From Macrostomum lignano (taxonomy: Eukaryota): a DNA stretch of 30,694 nucleotides. The stretch lies in the NCBI GenBank assembly GCA_002269645.1, contig NIVC01004939.1, positions 1 through 30,694 of the forward strand. Reading direction: 5' to 3'. The position numbers were made by a program, and so were the translations under genes. How positions within the stretch are numbered: the stretch's first letter is position 1; every line of letters starts with the position of its first letter. Below, piece by piece: positions 8,967 through 20,219 of the stretch. The notes under the pieces were generated by a model. That model ran no database searches, was not told the origin of the DNA, and saw only the letters and a program-made list of their open reading frames with translations.

Positions 8967-9156
8967 CTTGCCGGTTAGTTTGAGTAGAGTGTATAATGTA
9001 ATTATTCATTAGACGCAGAGAAGCATAAACTGCCCAAGGGATCCTTGGGATTTAAGAGTTCTACCAATTGTCAAATTTGAGTAAATCTGTACATATTGGA
9101 GTGTGCAGATCTCTGCAAATTCTGAGGGTTAGTGAGGCTCAGCACTTTAGATGGTA

Positions 9157-9455
9157 GTGGTTTGTAGCCTAGTGGTTTAGAGCATCGGATTCACGACTCA
9201 AAGGTTGGGGGTTCGATTCTCGACCCACTCTGAACAATTTGTGTCCTTGATTTAGAAAGACACTTATTACTCTGCATTGCTTCAGTTCACCCAGCTGTAA
9301 AATGGTTACCAGCATTAGCTAAGGGTAATTGAGGATGTGTGTGGCGACCCACCAGTCCTTGGACTGAACAGCCGTACGCAGCCTTAGCTGTTGGTTGCAC
9401 GTTTGCTCATGAAGGCAGGTGTAATCAATTGTTATTATACAATAAATTATTGCAA
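9157..9455 (+). mobile_element. tRNA-derived CORE-SINE in myotubularin intron 1 (antisense to the gene)
   Basis: Pol III A box tagcctagtgg (9165-9175) and B box ggttcgattct (9210-9220). Then tgtgtccttg...aagacactta...tgcttcagttcacccagctgtaaaatgg (~9239-9306), resembling the MIR CORE (tgtgaccttgggcaagtcactta...tgcctcagtttcctcatctgtaaaatgg). AT-rich tail. 3' end approximate. Confidence 0.75.
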
Positions 9456-9592
9456 ATCGTTAAAAGGCGAGCTACCCACGAGAAATCGATCGGGAGAAGA
9501 GAGTTGCTGGTATTTTATTTGATTTTGAACTAATATGTACTTTTCCATTAGAGAATCAGGCATTGAAGTGTTTTCATCATAAAACTACTCAC

Positions 9593-10971
9593 CACTCTTT
9601 CTCAATGAGAGCCTCAAAGCCTTTCACAGTACGATAGTACGGATCCAAGCACAGCATGGACAGGGCAGTCAGCTGAGCAGTCCGATCCCAACCATCCGAG
9701 CAGTGCACCAGCACCGAATACTTCTCCGATCCGACTTTGTGCACAATGTACACAACTCCAACTAGAATTTGTCTGATATGTCCCAGCCATTGGGTGTTCT
9801 CTAAGCAGCTCAGAAACCTCACAGACTCCAATGCTGGCCAGCAGATCTCTCTCAACTTTCTAAGCGACTCGCGCATCACGTGAATGTTCTGAATATCTAC
9901 GAATGCCACCTCAACGCTGTTGTTATAATCCGCCACGGCTTCGTAGCCGCCACCTTTGCCTCTGTTGGCTACGGCGTTAGTCTTCGGTCTGGCATCGATA
10001 ATGCACAGCGATGTTGTCTGTCCATTGTTATTCAGTATCTTGGCAAGAAACCGTTCGTCTTCTTGGCAACGTTTGCCAGACAGGCCAACCATAGGCTGGG
10101 AGCATCTGGTGATTGATGCCCTTGTGTCTCTGTCTAACCAACTAAGAACTGGCACCCTGCTGCGGCTTCTGTAGGCGGCGCATTTGCGCAAATCTTCATC
10201 AGTAATCTCCGTTGGAATAGCAAACAGTTGCGGATAAGTTGGACAAAGACTATAGTCTCTATTCAATTCACAAACTTTCCAAACTGAGCCTTGAGTTTTA
10301 ACGCCTAATCGTTCAAATTCGGCCATAGGATTGTACACGTCCCAGCCTTGCTCCGTGAGCTGCGGCATGGCGTTCCAGTAGTCTATGGCAAAGAGTTGCA
10401 GATTGGGACCGAGACTGCAATTACCGCTCGGCCTGAACGTCAGTCCTTGCAAGCGTTCAAATATGTTCTGACGGGAATTATTCGCCGTGGAAGTTTTACT
10501 CAGCTGTAGGCGGAGCGAGAAGAAATCTTTGCACGTGACCTCGATGCCATATTTGTCTCCACGGCTGCTGGCGCCGCCAAACTTCTCCAACTTGTTGATG
10601 CTGCCAAGTGGAATGTCAACTGTTTCTAGAGGACTCTTAGTTGAGGAAAAGTGCAAGCGATAGTTAGTTACTAACAGACTGCCCATGATAGCTCGCTCAT
10701 TCAGTGGCTCCACCTTGGACACGTACTGCTCACTTTCCTCAATGGTGATGTGTCGTACTTCTCCTGGAAGCAAATCCACTTCAGGGAAATTCATTCTGCC
10801 ACCGCTGCCTCCTGCGGCTCCACCGCCGCCAGCTGCACCGCCACCTGCGCCCCCACTTCTGCCAGCCGGGCCCACACTTGACAAAGAAGATTCTGAACGT
10901 CCAGACGGAGTTGCAGCTCTGGGCAACTGGCCGCCACTGTTAGCAGCTTGCTCAACTGTCTGATTTGACAT
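9593..10971 (-). CDS. MTMR2: Myotubularin PI(3)P/PI(3,5)P2 phosphatase (MTM1/MTMR1/MTMR2 group), exon 1: PH-GRAM plus catalytic domain
   Basis: ATG at 10971. LCPTYP, YRSRSRVPVLSW, RCSQP, DARP, IQNIHVMRESL and an intact active-site loop VHCSDGWDRTAQL. Donor TG|gtgagt. Exons of 1379+322+297 = 1998 nt give 665 aa. The exact paralog name is uncertain. Confidence 0.95.
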
Positions 10972-11759
10972 TTCTATAATTGATCTGCAAGTAAGTCAAT
11001 CGATTATCTAAAGCAGCTGATATTTCTATATACATGTAGGTAGGTATCATAAGCACACCACAATAAACATATTTTGGTGCCCCCTATAGGAAAAAGTTGT
11101 AAAACCACAGACGGCATCCAATGCATTTTTGAAATTTTTCTAAAGCACAGTGCCCTTTCCTGCTGGCTACTTCTCCAGCAAATAAATATATATAGAAGGG
11201 CCTAATGCCTCTGTGGAAGGGGCCTATACACTTGTTATTTATAATGCTTAGAGATGTTCTGAAATTTTAATTTCGATTTTCTAAATTTCAGAATTTTTAA
11301 GAGTAAATTTCAATTCCAAAAAATCATCCAATTAAAAATCTCTAAAAAGTGGCTAAATATAAACTGATTTATGCTACATATACATGTATTTTGTTTTGCA
11401 TGAGCATAAAAATAAAAAAGTGAGTTTTAAAGCATGCATCTGCAGGTTTTCAACATTTATTCCAATAGGGTTGGTGCCTAAGACAGATATTCCTAGATTT
11501 AACAGGTACAAAAATGTGCATTTGCCAGGACGTTTAAAGTAATAGCATGCATTAAGTTGCTATTTAAATAAATTTAAATAAATATCATGTATCAAGGCAA
11601 TCAAATTTTCAATGTTATTTCTATATTATAGCTATATTATAGCAGCTATATTATATACAGACTATAATTGAATTCAAATTCAAATAGTGCTATTTTGTCA
11701 AATGAAAGCCGATTGTCAAATAGTCATAGAAAATAATCATTTTAATAATATATAAACAT

Positions 11760-11960
11760 ATTCTATCTTCTGTCTTTTCCTTGCTTTTTACCTGCTTCTT
11801 TATTTTCTCCCATCTTCTCTCTCATTTTTCTTTGTCCCTCTCCCCTCCTTCCTCCATTTTCTTCCTCTTTTTACTAAATCTTATCTACACCAGGCTCCTT
11901 TTCTTTTATTTTTTCTTTTGATCTATTTTTTGTTTCTAATTTTTTTTCTTATATATTATC
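11760..11960. repeat. Pyrimidine-rich low-complexity tract
   Basis: Almost exclusively C/T. Confidence 0.7.
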
Positions 11961-12009
11961 TTTTATTCACTTTAATTTTCATAGTTATCAGACCTATAAT
12001 AATAAGCAT

Positions 12010-15000
12010 GAGGCTGAGCTAGTGGATCAGTTCACTGTGAGAGTGCGAATTTCTTAGTTGGCAAGAGAACAGCTCATCCTAGTGCGACAACTGAATCTGA
12101 CCATAGTGAGAAGGGCCATGCTATGCCTTGAGACAGCAGCTAGCCTGGCTCAGCAAGTAGCACTGCTATCAGCAAGACATATCCAGGTTCTCAATGATAA
12201 CAACAGTTAGACACCCACTGGGGTGCAACACAATAGCAAGTCATCTCAGCCTGAAGAGAACTGGTTGCATGAAATGATAGAACAGCAAGCTGAGACCCTG
12301 CAAGAGCAACAATGACTTCTGGAAGCTTTGAGCAATGAGCTGTATTTTGATGAGTTCTATTTGATGGGATTGTGCAATAATGACACCTAGGAGCATTGGG
12401 AACTAGCTCACCAACAGCCGCGAGACTTGTGGGCCTAGCGCAACCAATGATTGGCACCCTCGTCTCCTTGCCACAGTGCCAACAAAGGCACCCAATTAGC
12501 AATACCTGGCACACAAATTGTGCAACACAACCAGTTCCATTGACTTTAGCAACTGCAAGATGGTAGCAACCTGCCGCCAAGAATGCCACCAGCAGGTCAA
12601 TATTGATAGCAAGCCAACACCAAGCTGATGGGATCTAGAACCCTATTGGCTATTTCTCCCAGCAACTCAAACTGCCCAAAGCCCAATATCCAATCACGAA
12701 ACAAGAACTCTTAGTAGTTGTAGATAGAATGTGACGCTTTTGCTTCTACCTGCTAGCCAAGAAATTGCCAAACTGATCTGGCAGACCTAGATCCTGAGGC
12801 AAACTCAGCAAGTAGGCATCTTTGGATGATGGCTACAGTGCCTAAGCAAATTTAAGTTTGAGATCCAGCATTGCAAATCAAGTCAGCATCAGAATGCTAA
12901 CAGTCTCTAAAGATGGCCCCAAGGATGACACCAAAAACATGGAGGAGGCTCAGTGCAGATAGCAGACAAGAATTAAAGTAAGCAGCCAGCCACAAAATCT
13001 AGCACAGCGACACCGAAGGTCGTCGATATCAGCCACTTTAGCCCTCCACTGTGCAAGAAGCCATTAACTTGCTGCAAGCAATAAAGGCTGCCAACGAAGC
13101 CAAAAAAGTCCAACAGCACAACCAAGGCTATGCTGCCAGCAACATTGCCAGCCAATAGCAAGCCACTGACAGAGCTGCACCCACCGGCAACAAAGCTGAG
13201 GCCATCAGCCAGCCATTACTAGGACTCGCAATAATCACCTACCAGCTTTAGTAGCATGACATGTTGCCTGTCTAGGAGCCACCAACTACTAGCTGAAGGT
13301 GACGAGGACAGCAACCACAGTATAGCCCGAGATAACTAATGCCAACCCACTTGCTGCCCTAAGTTTGAGAAGAGAGTGAGGTTCAGTTCTTGCACCTCAT
13401 TATCTGCTAACAAATTCAAATCCAAAGATAGTGACACCGAAGCTACCAACAAAGATTGACCTTCGGGCACCTCAACAACATGTCAATTGGTCCAAGTAGT
13501 GGTCATGCAGAGGGAGCTCTAGACCCCTAACCATGCTGTCATAGCCAAAGCTGCACCAATTAAAATTCTACTAACAGACGCCAAACTTTAAATTTAACTG
13601 ATTACATCCCAAGGCCAGTCACTCACAAGGAGCTCCAGACCTATCAGCATGCTAACTTTGCCATCACTATGGTGATCAACCTAATCGAAAATTGACAACC
13701 AAAGCTGCTGCTAAATCAGTGATTAAATTTGACAAGTGACAAACAAAATCTACTAGCATTTTATAAGCAACTTGAAGTCTGAGACAGGACTGCTATGTTG
13801 GCAAGGAAGAGACAGCATGAATCATCCTGCCAAAGAGCCTTAATGCCACTGTTTGCCAACCTACATGGTTTACTCTATTGTGGACACATGGGCCAAGACC
13901 TTACTATTACTGGGCCCTATTAGAGACCCAATGGACTGAGGCAACAAGTACATCTTGACCTACATCAATACCATGTCAAAGTATCTATTTGCCTAATTGC
14001 CTTCACTATAAAAGATCAGTGCACCAAGACAATCATCACTCTCCTGCAAGAACAAGGCTTCCTGATCAATAGAATCCCCATGTGGATCCATTCAGATCAA
14101 GGCAAACAGTTCATAGGACACAAGTTCTGACATTTCTGCGAGGTCTATGGTATCCAGTAGACAACAATGCGCCATACTTGCACTGGGCCAATGGGCAAGC
14201 TAAATTGTGCAATAAGAACATTAAGAAAGTGCTTACTTGTCTCCTCAAAGATCATCAACAATGAGACAAGATGCTACTAGCTGCTTTGACCATACTAAGG
14301 TCAGCCATCAACCATACTACTGGCAACCAGTCTATTGAGTGTCTTATTGGTACCACAATCAATAACACCCTAGACTGCCTGGACAAATTGGCTGATCTCC
14401 TAGAGTATATCACCAAGCATTAGCACAGACTGGCCAAGACAGAGTGAATTGTATGACAACGACTGCAAGCTAAGATCTAACACCGAGAAGAGTATTACAA
14501 AAACTGACCAAAGCCCATGGAACTGCAGCCTGGAGACCTAGTCTGCCTAGCCAACCTGGAGCTTGAGTTGGGAAAGCTGCCCAAGTTCTACTAGCCATAC
14601 AAGAGCATGTACAAGGTCACTAAAAAGGTTGGCAAAGTAGCCTACTGGATCAAGCCTGCAACAGCCCAACAAGGATGCCTAGCAAAGATGTTTATCCATC
14701 GAAACAATATCATCAAGGTGCCGCAGATGATGGCAGACCCACCGGAGGAGTTGCCATGCAAAACTGAGTAGCCTATGCTGCCCTACAAGTCGAGCCTTGA
14801 AAGCAAAGCCAATCAGCCAATCAGCCCATTCCAGAGTAGCCAGCCGCAGATCAGCCTGACCCGTGAGGCAGCCAGCTGTTTGAGCCAAGCCTCTGCCATT
14901 TAGAAGTGCTACCCAAAGGCAACCTAGATCTGCTTGAGATTGGCATAGAGGTTGAAATTTAGAGGTTAAGTCAAGCAGCAAGGTTAAGTTACCAGCAATC

Positions 15001-17899
15001 ATTGTTGCGCCTTGTTGTCAACTATTGATATACATTACTATCAGTAGTCAAGTTTGCAAATAAATTTTAATTTAATTTGCTGCTGCCTACTTATATATGC
15101 TGAAAGCTGAATTTTTATTTTCTGTTTAATTTGACCTTATGCTTTAAGGTAAAAGCAGCCAATTTTCTTGTCATTTTCCCATGCTTGAAGGCAAAAGCAA
15201 CCAATTTTTCTGTTCAACTTGGCCTTATGCTTGAGGGAAAAAGCAGCTTTTATTAAGCTTATGCCATTTCTTTATGCCTTCTAGCTAAAAACAGCATTTT
15301 CCTTTGAGCTGTTTCAGTGCTTGTGTACATTTTGCATTTGCTTTTTATCCAATGCATTATAGTAAACCAGCACCTTGCACTCTAATATTTAGCCTTAGGC
15401 TTTATATTAGAAGCCCGTACCAATGCGTCAATATTTAACCAATTTGATATAATACCATTGCTTAATTGCATTTTTGCATGTCCCTATTTCATTCTGAGCT
15501 TTCTTTGCATGCAATCAAAGTGTGGAAAGTATCCTTTCTTTTCACCTTAACCTTATGCTTTTGGGAGAAAAGCAACAATTTCTATAAACCTTGCAGTTTG
15601 ATTAAAACTGAAGATATCTATGCAATTTTGCGAGACTACTGTTTGAAGGACCATATAAACTTTTGCCCTGCTCATGTAATAAGGCCTTGTTTCTGGCCAT
15701 GTCCTCAGAAAAGGGCATCTGAGATGACTCAAACCCTGTTCCTTGTCACAATTTTGCACAAGCTTAGGAACTCTGAGGGCCACCAGTTTGGCTTTTTTCC
15801 TAGTGCCTTTTGCTAGCCCCTGTTTAATGTAACTCCTTATAGAGCCCCTTCCTCATGCATGACATATCAGTTAATAACCTACTATTATTAAAATATCATT
15901 AGTAAGGTGCCTACAATTGCCTTTTACTATTATAATATTTTTCCTCAACTTAATGTTTACACATTCAGCCTCCCCCTAAACACTAGTTCATATAAGATGA
16001 AGGCCTTATTCCTAGTATGGGACCTTCCTTTGTCTATCTGCAAGACACCATCTTAGTATTAAAGGCTGTTTTTTAACTTTGATTGCTTATTATTATAAAT
16101 TATTCTGTGCCACACTATTATCTAAATCTGGCTAATTTCAAGTTTAATTTCCCTACATAGACTGTCAACTCCTCTTTGTTTTCATTCAATCTTGTTATTG
16201 TATACCCTTGTGAGTTTCTGCAAAATTTCTGACAACCCAATGTGGAATGGAGCTGCCCAATTGCTGCATTTGGCTCCCCATGACTAGCAAGACTTTGCCA
16301 ATAATCCCCTGGTGCACTGCAATTACAATGCCTTATTGACGCCTACCCAACCTTGAGTCTAGCTAAGTCAATGCCCAAATTGGTGGCTATCTAGTCTAGG
16401 ACACCTTGGCTTTGTCTAGATAAGGCGGCCACTTTGCACACCTTCATGACTAGGCAGTATATCAGGCCACTAGAAAGGGACGCATGCAACTTATCCCAGC
16501 TGGCGAATGCTCTGTGGGTTCATGCTATTAGAATTAACCAAGGATCTCCTTGTAGAACAACTCACGTTTGCCAAGGAATATCTATGGCACAGACTGGGCT
16601 GACTACATCCAGCTTTGGCTTTACTCATGGCCTTAGCCTATTTGGAGGCCGGCTATTTCTAGGGAGGCTGGGACCCTAGGCTTTGCCGATTCTGGGATTC
16701 TGCAGTGGAGAAGTGCCCTGAGCATTTGCATTTCGATATAGCTGGCCAGGTCTATATACTCAGATAGCCAGTAAGTTTGCTTGCTGCCACTGCCCAACCT
16801 TGGACAACATGAGGTGAGGCCCAGAGCAAACCAGCCTGGAACACATGGCCTGTGGTCTGAGGTGGTCAAATGCCCACTAGCCAAGGTGGACACAACTGAG
16901 CAGCAGACTGCTAATATTTGTTAACAAGCTTATAGCCACCCAATGCATGTGTTAGTTGGTTGCCATTGATTATTAAGAGACTGATTTAATAGTTTAATTT
17001 TTTATCTTCTTTGAAAATGCATCTGGTATCTAGCCCTGGAGCTAATTTTCCTGCTCCCGGGCAATTTTGTCATTTTTCTTGTCTTATTCATGGCATAGCA
17101 TTTGTCTTCTCAATCCCTAGTCTTTCCACTTCTTTGTAGTAGATCTTTTTGTTTTCTCCATTCAATCCTATATGTTATTTTGGTATCTATGCCTTGTTGT
17201 CCTTTCTCAGTCTATTTTGTCCCTTGCCTGACCCAACTGTTGGTGCTTGTTTTTATCCTATAAATATTGCTTACTTTACATGCTATTGAATTATTCTCTA
17301 TCTTTCCCTTTTCCTCTCTTGTTTGTTTCACCTTTTCATCTTTTGGTTTGATCAATTAGTTACTTATATTTTGCTTTGACTCAAAGATCCCTACTTGAAT
17401 ATCTTGCTCTTTAATATGCATTCATATTTTAGCCCACACCATGGCTCTGTTAGAACATCTCTATTGCAAGAAGCTTATTTCTTAAACTTGCTAAATAGCC
17501 ACTAATAAGAATATTATGCCAACATTTATTTCATTAATTACTCAAAGCCCATAGCTTTATCTCGAGTTATTTGCCCATGGGGCATAAAACAACCAAACAG
17601 TTCTTATCTCAAAGAAAGTTCTAAGACTAATTAGTTCTATAATATGAAAATTACAGTGGTGGCAACTCTTTTCTATTGATAATAATTAGCTAAGCAAATC
17701 AATGTACATTAAATTATGATGTTAAAACTCTAGTGTCTACCATTTGAATTACCATGCCTATTAAATGACTGCTTGACTACAATTACAACTACCTTCCCCC
17801 TGGGACTTGAGGACTTGGCAGCCAATGTAAAACAGGAGAAAATCTAGTTATGATTTGTCTGTGTAATTTTCTAGTTTTTTTATGCAAACTTAATGCTAG
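12010..17899 (+). mobile_element. Old, 5'-truncated, internally deleted Ty3/Gypsy element related to the young copy: gag remnant, RNase H-linker-integrase remnant, repeat-bearing UTR, ORF3 remnant, most of the 3' LTR
   Basis: Collinear with 19400-20000 (12010-12610), then 22183-24760 (12612-14970), with matching UTR blocks. Many stop codons. The 3' LTR starts at cc|tgtggt (16851), and 17570-17890 aligns with the young LTR 3' half. Confidence 0.9.
16851..17899 (+). repeat. Degenerate 3' LTR of the old Gypsy element (5' part, interrupted at CTAG)
   Basis: Starts tgtggt like the young LTR. ttgcccatggggcataaaacaaccaaacag...atctcaaagaaag and gactacaattacaactaccttccccc...ttgaggac match young LTR blocks. 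Confidence 0.75.
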
Positions 17900-18787
17900 T
17901 GTGGTAGGCCGGTCTACCACTGGGGTGAACGACGGCAGATCTCCCGCGGGCAACGACATGAGGACGGCCGGACAGATTGACATCATTTTTTTTTCAACTT
18001 TTGTTCCCTGGTTTGTTCCCCCATTTGTTCCCGCCCTTGCTCCCTCGTCTGTTCCCTTTTCTGTTCCCTCCCTTGGCCCCTGTTGTTTTAATGTTTCCAG
18101 CAGCCGGGTTTTCCTCTTTTTCCCTTCGTTGTCCCTTCCCTTGTCCCATCCTCTGTCCCACCCCTGGGATCCTTCACGCCAATATGTTATATATGAGTTA
18201 TCTCTGGAGTCATTTTTTTAAAGTGTGTGTGTTTGTTTGGGTTTTAGTTTAGTTAGTTTCTGCTCTTGTCTCTGCTTGTTCATCTCGCGTAGTGATAATA
18301 ACTAACCGTAATAATAATTAACGAAATAATAATAAGTTTGCAACATTTAATATTTATTCAGTTGTTCAGAATCGAAGCCTTTAGTTTTCTATTGAGTCAT
18401 TTGCCCGCGGGGCATAAAATAACCAATCAGTCTCATCTCAAAGAAAGCTCTGAGACCCTAAACATTCCGTAAAACGACATTTATGGTGGTGGCAGCGCTA
18501 CTTTACTACTGAGAGTAACACAACTAGCAATTTTGACAAACTATAATTTTTCGGTGTCTGAGGACCTAATTTGAATGACCCGGGCCGCTACAGGACCACT
18601 CGACTACGATTACGACTACCCTCCCCCGGAATTGAGGACCCGGCAGACGGAGTAACCTAGGAGAAGAATCAGCGCAGCAATTTGTGCAATTTTCCGGCTT
18701 TACATGCCAACGACAAACCCAAATTTTTTATTCTCCCTAATCTTACAATTTCAAATCTTGTTTATTTTCTTCACCACCCCCACCTCA
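17900..18787 (+). repeat. 5' LTR (888 bp)
   Basis: TGTGGTAGG...CCCACCTCA termini. About 98% identical to 26653-27539 by manual comparison. Confidence 0.96.
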
Positions 18788-18788
18788 T

Positions 18789-18808
18789 TGGTGTCAGCTA
18801 AGTGGGAT
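18789..18808 (+). promoter_or_regulatory. Primer-binding site complementary to the tRNA-Leu 3' end, with a 2-nt insertion
   Basis: tggtgtcag-ct-aagtgggat lies 1 nt after the LTR. Removing 'ct' gives TGGTGTCAGAAGTGGGAT, the usual tRNA-Leu PBS. Confidence 0.8.
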
Positions 18809-18854
18809 TACGAGACGCCAAAACCCATTCGACGAGTCGTTCAGAATCTACGTT

Positions 18855-20219
18855 ATGGCTTCAACTACTAATTCAACGGCCGCGGATGCGACAAACGACG
18901 CTGCGGGCCCCGACAACTCAAATACAAGACCGACCTACGACAAGATGATTGGACTGGAGCAGACCAGCCTGGGCCAGCCGCAACACCATCATCATGTGTA
19001 CCAGCAGCCCCAGCAGCAGGATCGAGCTCCAGCGCCAAAACCGGTCAAGATTCAGCAGTACACGCCCAACCGGGAATTCGACGTCTGGATCAAGGCTCTC
19101 GAAGAGCGATGCGAGCTCAACGGAATCGTTGACAACAGACGAAAGAAGGCGGACGTCCTTGTGAATTTGGACATCGCCACCACCTACCCCGCAGTTGTCA
19201 GAATGGAGCTGCCAGATAATCTGACGTTTGGTGAGTTCAAACAGCGATTATCTGAATGCTTTACACATGTTGCCGACACACTGGAGTACTGGGAGCAGTT
19301 CCGAAGCTGCCAGCAGGGCAAGAACAAGAATGTTGACGACTACAGCGACCGACTAATTGCTCTGGCTGATCGAGCGTTCCCACATTTTACCCCGGTTCAG
19401 AAGCAGGCTGAACTGGTGGATCAATTCACTGTGGGAGTGCGGATTGCTCAGTCGGCCCGAGAACAGCTCATCCTGGTGCGACTGCCGAATCTGACCGCAG
19501 CGAGGAGGGCCATGCTACACCTGGAGACAGCAGCTAGTCTGGCTCAGCGTGTAGCACCACCGCCAGCAGCGAGGCATGTCCGGGTCCTGGAAGATGACGA
19601 CAGTCAGACGCCCACTGCGGTGCAACATGACGCCAAGTCATCTCGGCCTGAGGAAAACTGGTTGCGGGAAGTCATGGTACAACAAGCCGAGACATTGCAA
19701 GAGCAGCGACGCCTACTTGAAACTTTGAGTAACGAGATGCGAGAGTTCTACTCTCGGGGATCGCGCGATAACGACGCCCTGGAGCCATGGGAACCTCGCC
19801 ACCAGCCGCGGGACTTGTGGGGCCAACGCTCCAGATGTCTGGTACCCTCGACTCCTTGCTGCAGCATCGACGGAAGTGCCCAATTTACGACACCTGGCAC
19901 GCGTATGGTGCCGCAGCAACCGTTCCATCAACTTCAGCAACCACAAGACGGCAGCAACCTGCCGCCGAGAACGCCGCCAGCAGGAGGTCAACGTCAGCAG
20001 CAGCAGCAGCTGCAGCAATGGTCGAGTTCGAGGCCGCCGCCCTATCAGCTGCGGCAGCAGAATGCCATGTGTTACAGGTGCAATTGCGAGCACCGCGCCG
20101 ATGAGTGCCTGCACCGACGGTCGGCCAGCACCGCATCCCAGCGCAACAGCAGCTCGGGAAACGGGACGGCTGGATGCGCCATCGGGGGCAGCGCCATCCA
20201 GCAGCCGAGCCAGCACTGA
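18855..20219 (+). CDS. gag: Gag (capsid-like helical domain, Q-rich region, one Zn knuckle CYRCNCEHRADEC)
   Basis: 454-aa ORF following the PBS, with a retrotransposon-gag-like core (FDVWIKALEERCELNGI...YSDRLIALADRAFP...LVDQFTVG). Confidence 0.9.
   Translation: MASTTNSTAADATNDAAGPDNSNTRPTYDKMIGLEQTSLGQPQHHHHVYQQPQQQDRAPAPKPVKIQQYTPNREFDVWIKALEERCELNGIVDNRRKKADVLVNLDIATTYPAVVRMELPDNLTFGEFKQRLSECFTHVADTLEYWEQFRSCQQGKNKNVDDYSDRLIALADRAFPHFTPVQKQAELVDQFTVGVRIAQSAREQLILVRLPNLTAARRAMLHLETAASLAQRVAPPPAARHVRVLEDDDSQTPTAVQHDAKSSRPEENWLREVMVQQAETLQEQRRLLETLSNEMREFYSRGSRDNDALEPWEPRHQPRDLWGQRSRCLVPSTPCCSIDGSAQFTTPGTRMVPQQPFHQLQQPQDGSNLPPRTPPAGGQRQQQQQLQQWSSSRPPPYQLRQQNAMCYRCNCEHRADECLHRRSASTASQRNSSSGNGTAGCAIGGSAIQQPSQH

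Noticed and set aside
9157-9230. Functional tRNA-Val(CAC) gene
   Set aside because: The anticodon and acceptor stems do not pair and there is no poly-T terminator. The sequence continues into a CORE domain, so it is a SINE head.
4768-10963. Plus-strand ORFs overlapping WDR83 and myotubularin exons (e.g. 4768-5085, 8666-8926, 10685-10963)
   Set aside because: These are shadow ORFs of GC-rich exons with no motifs or splice support.
11060-11250. Possible degenerate transposon (gtgccccc/gggcc motifs) upstream of the myotubularin gene
   Set aside because: I could not define TIRs, a TSD or a second copy.
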